Shown here: one piece after another, positions 1 to 11,112 of the stretch
Layout: each line of letters begins with the position of its first letter
Numbering within the stretch: position 1 is the stretch's first letter
From: Eledone cirrhosa
Lineage: Eukaryota
DNA: 64,000 bases
Reading direction: 5' to 3'
Assembly (NCBI GenBank): GCA_964016885.1
Contig: OZ024742.1
Span: forward strand, 170,004,001 to 170,068,000
Notes under the pieces: model-generated
Told to the model about the DNA's origin: nothing
Seen by the model: the letters and a program-made list of their open reading frames with translations, nothing else
Database searches by the model: none
Position numbers and translations under genes: made by a program

Positions 1-1510
1 GGTTTTCTACAGCTGGATGCCCTTCCTAACACCAACCACATTTACAGTGTGGGGCTGGGAGATTTTTACCGTGTTGCCTACACGGCCACATTACAGCGTG
101 GACTGTGTTTTTTTTGTCGTGACACCTACACGATCTCATTTGTTTCGGCCTGGATTTTGTGGCACCAACATAACTTTACATTGAAAGGGGCGGTGTGGAT
201 GAGGTGGGGGTGGTGGAACGGGGGTGTATTTTGTTAGAGATGCCTACTGACTGTAGTAGGTTTTACTTTGTATTTAGGTAAGGCGGGTCTTCTCTATTAC
301 TGAGTACCGCCAAAGGTGTCAGCCCAGTGACATTGTCTTGGAGAGGTGTAAGTGTGTGAGGTCGGAATTTATCAGCTCGTCCCAGGTTTTTCTGGGTCTG
401 CCTACTCCGTGGCTACCGTCCATCTTTATTGCCCTGCACTTTGCTATACAGCTGTCGTCTTTCATGCGCATCACGTGACCATACCAACGTAGCCTTCTCT
501 CGAGTAAACAACATCTGATCCCTCTTATTTCTAATTTTTTCCTTAGTTCGTTTATGCTTTGCCGTTCGCGTATATTACTATTACACATCCAGCGGAGCAT
601 GCAAGCTTCGTTCCTCTCTAGTCTGCGTATATCCTCTGCACACAATGCCCAGGTCTCACTGCCATGCAACATTGCTGTTCGTATGCAGGCATCATACAAC
701 CTGCCTTTCATTTTTAGGGAGAACCCTTTAGCGGCTAATAGTGGTATAAGCTCTCTGAACTTTTTCCATCCAGTTCTGACTCTAGCTACTGTACTTTCAG
801 AGAACCCTCCCCCACTGCTGATTTTGTCACCCAGGTAACAGAAGCTGTCCACTATTTCTATAGAACCCTCTGCGCAATTGAAAGAGCTAGTATTTTGTGG
901 GCACTTGCTGCTACTTATTGCACCAGAGCACCGGCCACATGTAAAATCTGTGTTCTTAGTTAGCTTACCTGTGATCCCACTACATCTTTTATGCACCCAT
1001 ACTTTGCATTTGGGACATAAAATGGAGTTTCTACCTACGCCTTTCCTACACACTGAGCATGGCCATTTCCCGGAAGGGACCGGCGCCTTATTTTCTTTCC
1101 TACAAACTAGAACTTTAGTCTTAGCCAAGTTAATTTTAAGGCCTTTTGATTCTAGGCCGTGCTTCCATGTTTGGAATTTCTTCTCTAGCTCGGCCATTGA
1201 TTCAGCTATGAGCATTAGATCTTCTGCGTATAGGAGTTCCCATGGGCAGCCGGTCTTGAACTCCTCTGTTATAGCCTGAAGGGCAATAATAAATAGTAGG
1301 GGGCTAAGAACAGAGCCCTGATGGACACCAACTTTTACGCTAAACTCTTCACTATATTCGTTGTTAATTCTAACCTTGCTGACTGTTTCTTTATACATGG
1401 CTTGTATAGCTTTCACAAGCCATTCGTCAACACCTAGTTTTCTAAGAGCCCACCAGATAATGGAACGAGGGACTCTGTCAAAGGCTTTTTCCAAGTCGAC
1501 AAAGGCTAAG
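1..1510 (-). mobile_element. 5'-truncated RTE-clade LINE (C-terminal RT region plus 3' UTR running off the window start)
   Basis: ORF 319-1494(-) has the RT motifs FVDLEKAFD, GVHQGSVLSPLLF, LLYAEDL (YADD variant) and FCYLG, plus the RTE C-terminal RRLRWYGHVMRM...GRPRKTW. Bases 1-840 are nearly identical to 31287-32119. Confidence 0.93.
319..1494 (-). pseudogene. RTE reverse transcriptase C-terminal fragment with an internal PHD-like C4HC3 finger
   Basis: The catalytic motif reads YAED (1219-1230). CSVC-CPKC-HKRC-CGRC lies at 928-1059. The ORF is 5'-truncated and stops earlier than the 31558 copy. Confidence 0.85.
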
Positions 1511-1606
1511 TATATAATAGTATATCTAGAGTAATGTGAATGCTAAAGGGTTAAGACAGACTTTATATATATATATATATATATAAAAGTATGCATATGT
1601 ACACAC

Positions 1607-1662
<56 letters not shown>

Positions 1663-2210
1663 CATTTATGTTAGGCTGTTTACCAGTAGGCAGAACTGGT
1701 GGTTCGGTTGGTAAACAATGATGCAACAAATTAATTAAACTACTCAACGTTATGCAAATCATCCATCGTAGATGTGGTATCCAGTGGTTGGTGCAGGAAC
1801 GGAGTAAAGCATTTATTAAAAAAACTACAGAAGGCCGGACTGGAAAATTTACTTTAGATTTTAATTCCACGAAAGCACTATACATATTTTGATGGTCCAG
1901 CTCTATCATCCGATTATGATGTAAGACTAGGTGATTTCATCAGGCATTATTTGCAGAATTATGTAACAGGATTACGTTGAATCCAAACATAGAATAGGAG
2001 ATAGAACAAAAAATAATATAGAAATAGAAAATTTGATTCGGGGACAGCCTGCTAATTTAGTGTTATATTGTTACCAGACGGTCCCCGAATCATATATATA
2101 TATATGTATATCCAGGGAGTGTAACGTGGAGTTACTGTAGGTTCACCCGGGTGAGCACTCGATGTCTAGGTTCACTTCTATATCGAGGTGTAGAGCTAGA
2201 CAGAGTGTAG

Positions 2211-2483
2211 TATAATAAAATAAAACAAGGACGAGTAGTTACTCCTTCATTACGTTTATTGGTTGGTGACGTATGTTTCGCCACCGATCAGCTCAAGGTT
2301 CGATCTGTATCGATCTAGCCCGGCTCTGTAATCCACGGCTCGTCAGACCCCTTTTAACTGTGGATTAGTGTCGGGCTAGATTGATACAGATTGAACCTTG
2401 AGCTGATTGGTGGCGAAACGCGCGTCACTACGCAATAAATGTAATGAAGGAGTAACCATCCATCTTTGTTTTATTTTATTATA
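2211..2483. repeat. Long imperfect palindrome (~125-bp arms), probably an inverted pseudo-LTR of a Penelope-like element
   Basis: 2211-2336 is the reverse complement of 2360-2483, with many transition mismatches. Each arm has GAAAC-N4-GTC followed by AATAAA. Confidence 0.85.
2265..2349 (-). ncRNA. Minimal type I hammerhead ribozyme
   Basis: The minus strand reads GGT-CTGACGA-GCCG...TGGC-GAAA-C-ATAC-G-TC-ACC. The core is intact and stems I, II and III pair. Predicted cleavage is after C2268. Confidence 0.75.
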
Positions 2484-4531
2484 CAAAGGGGGTGAACAAG
2501 TTTACTTTCTCCAAAAATGTACTACTTTCCTTTGTCTGCTGGTAAACTATTGCAAAAAAAAAAAGAAGAAAAATGCATTTTGTTATATAAATTAACTATT
2601 TAAAACAAACAACTTTTAATTAAATGTTAATTACTCTCTGTTGACTGTAATACTATGTCATTATGAATGACCTTATTTAAAAAGAAATAGATAATAAATT
2701 ATATCTTAGATGCAATGATTTATTCTGTGAAAGAAAAGGGGTAAAAAATTGATTAATTAAATTTAAACCCCAAGGCAAAAGGACATTATATATGTATTAG
2801 CACTATGACTCATGACCAGTGAATGCCTTTTTTAAAAAAATGTTTCTAAGATACTATGGCAGAGTGATTAGCCACCTGCTTGCACTAAATCTTCCTCATT
2901 AATATTGATGTGTTGTTTGTTTTTAGTTTTGCCATTTTGTTTTGAAGAACTTGGTTATGGGAAATGAGCAACGAGCAACTTTTGGTTTGCTGAGATTTGA
3001 AAAATGATCTTAGTCATTAACTAATAATATAAACTTCTAAAATAGAATGGTAGAGTTGACAGGTTTCTCTTAAGACTATCCTGTAAATATACCAGGGTCA
3101 ATGATGTTGACCTCTGGCATAATAGTTGATGGTTCTATTTTGGTAATTTTCATGTGATGAGCTATTTGGTTGTTTTCTTGCATGGTAATTTAAAAATAAT
3201 ATTTTATGCTCTTGAGACCAACATCTGTTAGTTATCATCTGGTTGTATATTGTTTCTCTTGTATATTAAACACAGCAAGTATTTAACTTTACTTGTCTGC
3301 AGTTCACACTGTGTTGAGTGAAGTGTGTGTGTTGCTTCACACTTCCTTTCTGCTTTTTACTTTCTCTACCAAATAGAATCTTAGATTATAATCTGGAAAC
3401 TTTATTACACCAGTTAAAGAGACTGAATAAAGAACCATTCTTTTTTTGTTTTGTTTTAAATATTTTTTTTTAAATGAAGTATTTCACAATTTAGTACATA
3501 TTTTTTCCATAGCAGAAATATATTATCTGAAGTATTTTCATGTGATATATATAGATGCAGAAAAGTTTAATTTGTTGGTAGCAGTTTACTTTGTGAAGGA
3601 GAGAACCATAGATAGACAAGCAACAGAAAGTTATACGTAAATATCTTTCTGTAATAGATTGTTGTTACTCTCACAGCTAAATAGCAAGATAAGGAAATAT
3701 TATTCTCACATCCTGGTGGGCGTTGCTCTTAAATCACTTCATATGTACAAGTCTATCATTTCCTTGTATGAACTCTCCCTTTTGACATTATGATCAACCT
3801 ATAACCTCTTCTAGGTTTTCTTTCATGGAATGTCAAATTGAAACCATTAAACTTAACTGACTCATTTACATGTTCTAATGTACTTCCACTTTACAGATGA
3901 GCACTAAACACAAGTCATCATCATCATTGTCATCGTTGTTGTCATCATCATCATCATCATCATTTACCCCCCCCCCCTGCTAACAAGGATTGAATGGGTT
4001 GCTACTGACCACTCAGTACTTAATATCAGATCTACTGACCTTTCAGACAGGCTAGGATCCCTGCATTTCACATTTCCTCATTCTGGAGAGTCTCCCTGAT
4101 GCATTTTATCATAGCACTAGCTCTAGAATGGTTGTCCACAACACATAGGTGTCCATGACATAGTTGAAGAGTCCTTTCAACTCTTTGTTTGGTAGATTTT
4201 CTATGGTTGGATGACCTTCCTCTGAGTGTACCGGGTGTGTTTATCATGTAGATCACTTAAATTTATTCCCAAATCTACCCTCTATTTTGCATTGTCATAG
4301 CCCTCAAATAATATACTACTTTATACACTAACACAATACTTCAAGTAAACACCCCCTTATATATATGTAGTAATATCTGTAGGCGTGAAAAGGAAAAAGG
4401 AAAACAGTGCTCAATCAGGAAGAAAGCAGAATATATTATATTAATTAATTATGCTCATACACGCAACATTGAGCCTTGAAACCCTGGGTAGCACTTTGGT
4501 TCTGTGATTGAACATAAATAAATGATATATA

Positions 4532-4568
<37 letters not shown>

Positions 4569-4675
4569 CAAAGAGTGTGTGGTAAGATACCAGGTGGACC
4601 ATAAGACACCAGAGTACTTGATACTTGGTGAAGTAGAGTGGGGGGTCATGATTCTTTTCATATATATATATATAT

Positions 4676-4904
4676 ATATTGTTATACTTTGGGAGGGTCA
4701 TGTTGCCAATCAGAAACACACGCACCAGTTGCTTTCACTCCAATTTATTATAAATTAAATTTATAAATTTAAGAATTTATAAATTTCCTGTTGGTTGGTT
4801 CCACAACCGGACGGTTGTTCATATATTGTCAAAGTTCTTTCGTCACACATTCTGGTGCGTGTGTTTCTTATTGGCAACATGACCCTCCCAAAGTATAACA
4901 ATAT
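4676..4904. repeat. Inverted repeat with ~52-bp arms (1 mismatch) between (AT)n tracts; the same end recurs at 5598-5680
   Basis: ATATTGTTATACTTTGGGAGGGTCATGTTGCCAAT...CACCAG at 4676-4727 is the reverse complement of 4852-4904. Confidence 0.85.
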
Positions 4905-4958
4905 CAGTTTCAACACACGTTTTCAGATAAAGAATCTTGCTAAACAAATTCAGAAACG

Positions 4959-5000
<42 letters not shown>

Positions 5001-6043
5001 AGGGTGTTCCAAAAAAATGTATACATACTTTGATTACCTGCACAGGCAATATTTATTAGAATGCTGTTGATGTGTACAAAGACACACAGTTTATTGTTTT
5101 TAATGTGTCATTTATTGTTTTGCAGGTTAGTTCTGATCTAAAGACGTTTCACTTTACACAACAGTAATGTAACAAACTAGTAAGTCTTTTTCTATTTTTT
5201 CTTTTTCTTTTTTCAGTCATTGTCTTGTAACCATGTTTTGTTTATCAGAGCTATACTTGTACTTCAATCCAGTACTATTTTATTATTCTCTATTTGTTGA
5301 ATTACTAAGTTAATAATAAATAATAATAAAAATTATTGTGCACAGTGTTCAGGTGCACTACAACTCATCAAAGGTGTATAGTACATAGAATAATGTACTT
5401 TAGTACATATGTATAGTACATAGAATAAATAATGTACTAATCTTGACTAAATGGAATAAGTGGACTAAAAGGACACAAAATAAGCAACACCAATTTTTAG
5501 GATGATATAAACATAAATTCAGACCCGCACTCACTCACTCTCACCACTCACTCTCACCACGCACACGCACGCACACGCACACGCACACACACATTTATAT
5601 TGTTATACTTTTGGAGGGTCATGCTGCCAATAAAAACACAAGAACCTGTTGGTTTTCACTTCAATTTATTATAAATTTCACACATTTATATTATACATGT
5701 GTGAAATATGGCAATAAAAGTGACAGGGTTGCCCTCAATGATTGAACAGTCTATCTGTTGTATATTCACCACTGCACCGGGGTAACATAACATTTTAGTG
5801 TATTTAAATGTCTAACTGGACAAACCACATTTGTTTACCTGGAAACATATGACATAGCTATCGCTGGTAAAGGGAGAAGTGACTTAATGGATGGATCAAC
5901 CTCCCATGGCCGTGAACGTCCATGAGACAATATTATATATATATATATAGAGAGAGAGAGTTATATATTTAGTTATATTGTAACTATATAACAGCTCTGC
6001 ATTGAGCTAAAAAAACACCTAGAAAATGAGTGAAATTTACTCT

Positions 6044-6909
6044 TGGATTGACAGTATCGGTAGAGGATTGGACGCCATGATTTGCAGTATAGAGTTGCGG
6101 CCCTTTACGGTCTGAGTTCAAATCCCGCCGAGGTTAACTTTGCCTTTCATCCTTATGGGGTCGATAAAATAAAGTACCAGTAATTTACTGGGTAATTGCT
6201 GGCCTTGTGCCAAAAGTAGAAACAATTATTATTATTATTATTGGGTGGTGGGTTGGCAGCGGATTGTCAGTATCAGTAGAGGGTCGGACACCATGCTTTG
6301 CAGCATAGTTACCGCCCTTTATGATCTGAGTTCAAATCCCGCTGAGGTTAACTTTGCCTTTCATCCATACGGGGCCAATAAAATAAAGTACCAGGCACAC
6401 ACTGGGGTTGATTTAATTGGCTTCCCCTCCCCCCAAATTACTGGCCTTGTGCCTATATCAGAAACCATTATTATTATTATTTATAAAATAGGGCGGTGAA
6501 TTGGCAGTATTGGTAGAAAGGTCGGACATGCTTTCCAGCGTAGTTACGTCCCTTTACGATCCGAGTTCAAATCCCTCCGAGGTTAACTTTGCCTTTCATC
6601 CTTATGAGGTCGATAAAATAAAGTACCAGTAATGTACTGAGTAATTGTTGGCCTTGTGCCAAAAGTAGAAACAATTATTTATAAAATAAAGTATCAGTAA
6701 TGCACTGGGATAATTGCTGGCCTTGTGCCAAAAGTAGAAGCAATTATTATTATTATTATTATTGTTATTATAAGGGCGGTGGATTGGCAGTATCGGTAGT
6801 GCGTTGGACAACATGCTTTGTGGCATAGTTATGGGCCTTTATGTTCTGAGTTCAAATCCTGCCGAAGTTAGCTTTGCCTTTCATCCTTGTGCCTTAATCA
6901 GAACCCATT

Positions 6910-6912
<3 letters not shown>
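6044..6912 (+). mobile_element. Head-to-tail cluster of 4-5 tRNA-derived SINEs (family 1)
   Basis: Each copy has an A-box-like TGGCAGTATCGG, a B-box GAGTTCAAATCC, the core GAGGTTAACTTTGCCTTTCATCCTTACGGGGTCGATAAAATAAAGTACCAG and an (ATT)n tail. Confidence 0.9.
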
Positions 6913-6942
<30 letters not shown>

Positions 6943-7934
6943 TGATCAGAGGTTGTAGAAAAATCACTGAGGCTGAGAGGCTGATATTCAATATTTCATT
7001 TCTCTCTTGCACACTACATTTGATTGTACTCAATTTCTTTCCCAACTCACCCATGCTTCAATGTTAATACACATTTACATATTGAAATCAATTCAATCCA
7101 TTGTATTGCCCCTTTCCATAACAATTGGTCTTGTGACTATTGAGAAGAAAGTCACATTTTCTTATAATATAATATAAATATGAATGGAGCTAATGTAAAA
7201 GACATGTTCTCCTCTTGAATAAGTATTTGTTTGAAAATCTTTTCTAATATAGCACCATCATCATCATACGTCCATTTTCCCTGCTGGGAACGGTTGGACA
7301 ATTAAAAGTAAACAAAGAGAGAGAGAGAGAGAGGTAGTGATATGTAGAAAGAGAGATAGGCAGGGAGAGGATGGCAGCAGGGTAGAGAGATAGGCAGGGA
7401 GAGGATGAATGAACGAGAGAGAGGTAGTGGGAGAGAGAACAGTGAGTATCTATCCCATTTATTAATGTGTTTTAAGAATGATTTTTCAAAGCATTTCTAC
7501 TGTTGACTCAAGAAGAAAATGTGTGGAAATCACAGAAAATGTAGAAAAATTGATGGATTTTTAAAAAGACTTGTATTTTTGGTTATTGAAAAGTTTGTCA
7601 AATCAATAACAGAATATCTTTATTATTTAATGTACATTTGAATGGTATTCTGATATACGTGGGGGTGGTGATGGTGTCTGATTTTCTTTCTGATTTTCTT
7701 TTGTTCCTTCTTACCATCACCACCACCACCATCATCATCATTTTATGTCCACTTACCAAGCTAGCATGAGTGGGAGACACAGTCTAGGATGGGTCAGAAT
7801 GACCTCAGTACCAACCTTTTTTAAATCAGGTTAAATTTGGACTGGTATTTTATTAATTTTCTCTGACAGTCTAAGTGGTTAAAAGAGTGAATTGGCAATG
7901 TCTTTGAGGTATTGGATTAACACTTTCATTACTA

Positions 7935-8388
7935 TCTAAACTATAATAAAGGGAGGAGCGCGGGAGTGCGTATGGTTTATAATTTTTTATCCCATTAGTA
8001 ACATAAGTTGGATTACTTTGAATAAATAATGAATGAATATTACATAATTTATCTACTAAATTTCATGGCTGTTGATTAAATATATTTTGTTTATTTAAAG
8101 ATTCACTTCTTAAAAATTTCTGAAATGTCAACACTTCTGGTTGGCGTTCGCTTAAATATACATACTAATTTTCTCCTAATGCAGTTTATATATAATATCA
8201 TCTTTTTTTAATGTATCATGGATTACGTTCCTGATTACATAAGACAGTGTAACACAGTCTTCGTTCAATTTCTGTGATTATTATCAATTACGATTTTATT
8301 TGATGTATCATATCTACATGCGTATAATATCAATATACACACTACACATGCTAGCAGAAAACTACCCGAAGGGTGGTTTTTCTGCTAG
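7935..8388 (+). mobile_element. Non-autonomous Helitron inserted in a TTAA MITE
   Basis: Starts A|TCTAAACTATAATAAAG and ends with the hairpin CTAGCAGAAAACTACCC-GAA-GGGTGGTTTTTCTGCTAG|T. There is no TSD. The flanks rejoin into the MITE family B end seen at 20532. Confidence 0.8.
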
Positions 8389-8571
8389 TATTTCTAATAA
8401 AATACACTCTATTTCAATTACTTAATGAAGAATTTTAAGGGATCTACTAAAATTTTATTTCATTACTAAGATGTTCGCAGATTCTAATTTAAATAGGAAC
8501 CCTTTAAAATGGGTGGTTTTGTTTCATAGAACCAATGCTAGTTTTGGCCAGGTTATCATAAGGGTAACTTT

Positions 8572-8840
8572 TTAACCCTTTCGATACTAACCCATTCGAT
8601 ACTAACCCATTCGATACTAACCCATTCAAAACTGCCTCTACTTCTATAGAACAAAGCCGCCCATTTTAAATGGGTCTAATTTAAATTAAAATCTTTCAAT
8701 ATAGTTTTATATAAGAACATTTTCTATGTTAAAAATACCACTATAATAATTGAAATAATTTTAGTAAATCCCTCCAAATTCTTTAGTAATTAATTCAAAT
8801 ACAGGGTATTTTATGAGAAATATGGTAGTGAACGGGTTGA
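8572..8840. mobile_element. piggyBac-like MITE (family B) with a 15-bp terminal segment triplicated
   Basis: Runs from TTAACCCTTTCGATACTAAC to GTAGTGAACGGGTTGA, homologous to 20532-20770 in reverse. Confidence 0.7.
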
Positions 8841-9059
8841 ATAATCAAGAATTGTTAAGGGATTTTGTAAAATAACAAACTTTTCTATTATTTAGAACAT
8901 AACTTATCCAATAAGTTCTTTTGTTTTAAGACAGTAGTGTGTGATTTGAGAGGGATTTGAGTGCTATATTTAGCAGGTCTGTGTGTAGCTGTTTGTACTT
9001 GTGAAATAGTTGCCACATGATAAAATGGTAGAAATAGAAGTGTAAACAAAACAGTTGCA

Positions 9060-9296
9060 TTGGAAAATTTTGAAATCTGTGCATACCAACAGAAATGACC
9101 ATAATAATAGTTGATCCCTATAAAAACGATGAGAAAATTGAGTAAAATACCTCTGGAGATGGGAAAAAGTTGCCAGAGGCATGTTTGTCTTGTTTTACAT
9201 CGCCAGGGGTATTTTATCTGATTTTCTCATCTATTATTTAGAGTGATCTTCTGTTATTATGGTCATTTGTATTGGAACTCATGCATTTCAAAATTT
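9060..9296. mobile_element. Foldback/MITE element with long TIRs; related copy at ~25270-25490
   Basis: AAATGACCATAATAATAG...GATGAGAAAAT...TAAAATACCTCTGG is mirrored by CCAGGGGTATTTTA...ATTTTCTCATC...TTATTATGGTCATTT. Confidence 0.7.
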
Positions 9297-9436
9297 ATAT
9301 ATTACTTTATTACGTGTTCCAGCTGACAGGCTGAGGCCATTGGGGTATTTATTACTGAATAAAGAGGGGCTAGCTAAGAGATGCTCCTGATGTTTTTGCC
9401 GTGAACCAAAGACTGAGTTCAAATATTATCTTAGAT

Positions 9437-9702
9437 TAGCAATGGCCTGATGAGTTTCTGGGCTTGGAACAGGCTTTAACCTTGCAATGAACTGGCATCC
9501 TGTGTTTGAGTGAATCTAGTACTCTGTCATTTTATGCCAATGAAACAGGGATAAGCAATGGCTTGATGAGTTTCTGGGCTTGGAACAGATTTTAACCTTG
9601 CAGCGAACTGGGGGAGTCTAGTACTCTTAGTCACTTAATGCCAATGTAACAAGGATAAGTACTCTCCTGATGAGCTTCTGGGCTTGGAAAAGACTTTAAC
9701 TT
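9437..9702 (+). repeat. About 3 tandem copies of a SINE-like 3' segment
   Basis: The segment GATAAGC...CTGATGAGTTTCTGGGCTTGGAACAGA.TTTAAC is repeated and resembles SINE body/tail sequence. Confidence 0.6.
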
Positions 9703-10070
9703 AAAATATGTCTAACACTGTGCAGGAATAAAAGAAATAAATATATGTGTGTGTGCGTGTGCGTATGTAGTATACTTATAGGCTATTATATGTATAATCT
9801 CATTGAGGTTAACTTTGCCTTTCATCCTTACGGGGTTGATAAAATAAAGTACCAGTAATGTACTGGGTAATTGCTGGCCTTGTGCCAAATGTTGAAACAA
9901 TTATATGTATGCATTCATTTATATATATAGCCTCTGTATCATATTAATATCCTCCTCCGGGGGATTAATCCCCTTTCTTGACCGGTGTATCACGTGATAG
10001 TCTTCTCTGACTTTTTGAGATTTTCTCGCATGCTACGGACGTATGTAGTTAGGGCTCTTCCCTGAGGTGC

Positions 10071-10161
10071 TCCCTTGATAAGCTGGCTTACCTCACAACA
10101 ATGTTACATATCTATGATATAACATTGTTGCATAGTGACCAGCGAAACTGTACAGTCGGGA
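10071..10161 (+). ncRNA. Type I hammerhead ribozyme, U3-A8 core variant
   Basis: Reads TCCC-TTGATAA-GCTGG...CCAGC-GAAA-CTGTACAG-TC-GGGA. Stem I is 4 bp, stem II is 5+ bp with an inner hairpin, and stem III is the palindrome ACTGTACAGT. Predicted cleavage is after C10157. Confidence 0.7.
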
Positions 10162-10211
10162 CGAAGAAAAAATAGGTATATATTGTGTCTATTATTCCTT
10201 CTTATTTTATA

Positions 10212-10260
<49 letters not shown>

Positions 10261-11112
10261 TAGACATTATGCACACATGTACGTACATACACACACACAC
10301 ACACACACATACATAAAGTGGAGTGATTAAAGTATTGACATACAATGGGTAGGGAACATCCAGATTGTATGAACCACTGTTGACTGACTTAATGAATGAA
10401 TGTAGAAAACAGTTGCCAACTGCTGCTGGCATATTGACCTGTTGTTGTATATTGGTGGAGTTGGATGACATCCAGCTTTGTTACTTCCTACATAATTGAT
10501 AAAATAACAGCAACTGGGTCATTGCTCAATGAACTAAGCTATTACTAGCTTAGTTTCACACACACACATACGCACTGACATACACATATGTATACACAAT
10601 TAGGTTAAATTCACATTTCCATCTGTCAAACTGGGGAAATTGTTATTTCTGTAGCTCAGCTGGTCAGTCCAACATTTTTCTCATGAATCCATAACAAAAA
10701 AGATATTGTATTAAACAGATGAAAATGCGAAACTAATTTTGTATATTACAACTTGTCCCTTGGACCGAGTGCTCTGCCAACCTTGCATATAACATTTTTT
10801 AAAACAAAATTGACTATACTATATACTACACTGTGTGTGTGTGTGTGTTTTTTCATAGGAACTTGGTACATTTTGTTTGACTGCAGAGGTAATATTGGTT
10901 GTTTATATTGAGATTGCTGGCAATCTGTGTCTGTATGTGATGGACAAATAGAAGAATGGAAAAATAAATACCAATTGATAACCTAAACCAAAATGGAAAA
11001 ATAATCTTGCCAATTTTACATTTTTTCTACTAGTCCATCATTTTTTTTTCTTAATCTTTTGATTCAGTTTTTCATAAATGATGTTTATATTTCTTTCATT
11101 ATTATTATTATT

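Noticed and set aside
1870-1950. Minus-strand CTGATGA near 1937-1943
   Set aside because: No properly placed stem II plus GAAA.
5000-5045. Tc1/mariner-like TIR CAGGGTGTTCCAAAAAAATG
   Set aside because: Only one end was found, with no clean TA TSD and no transposase.
9445-9690. CTGATGAG motifs as hammerhead cores
   Set aside because: No GAAA or stem III follows; they belong to a tandem SINE-like tail.
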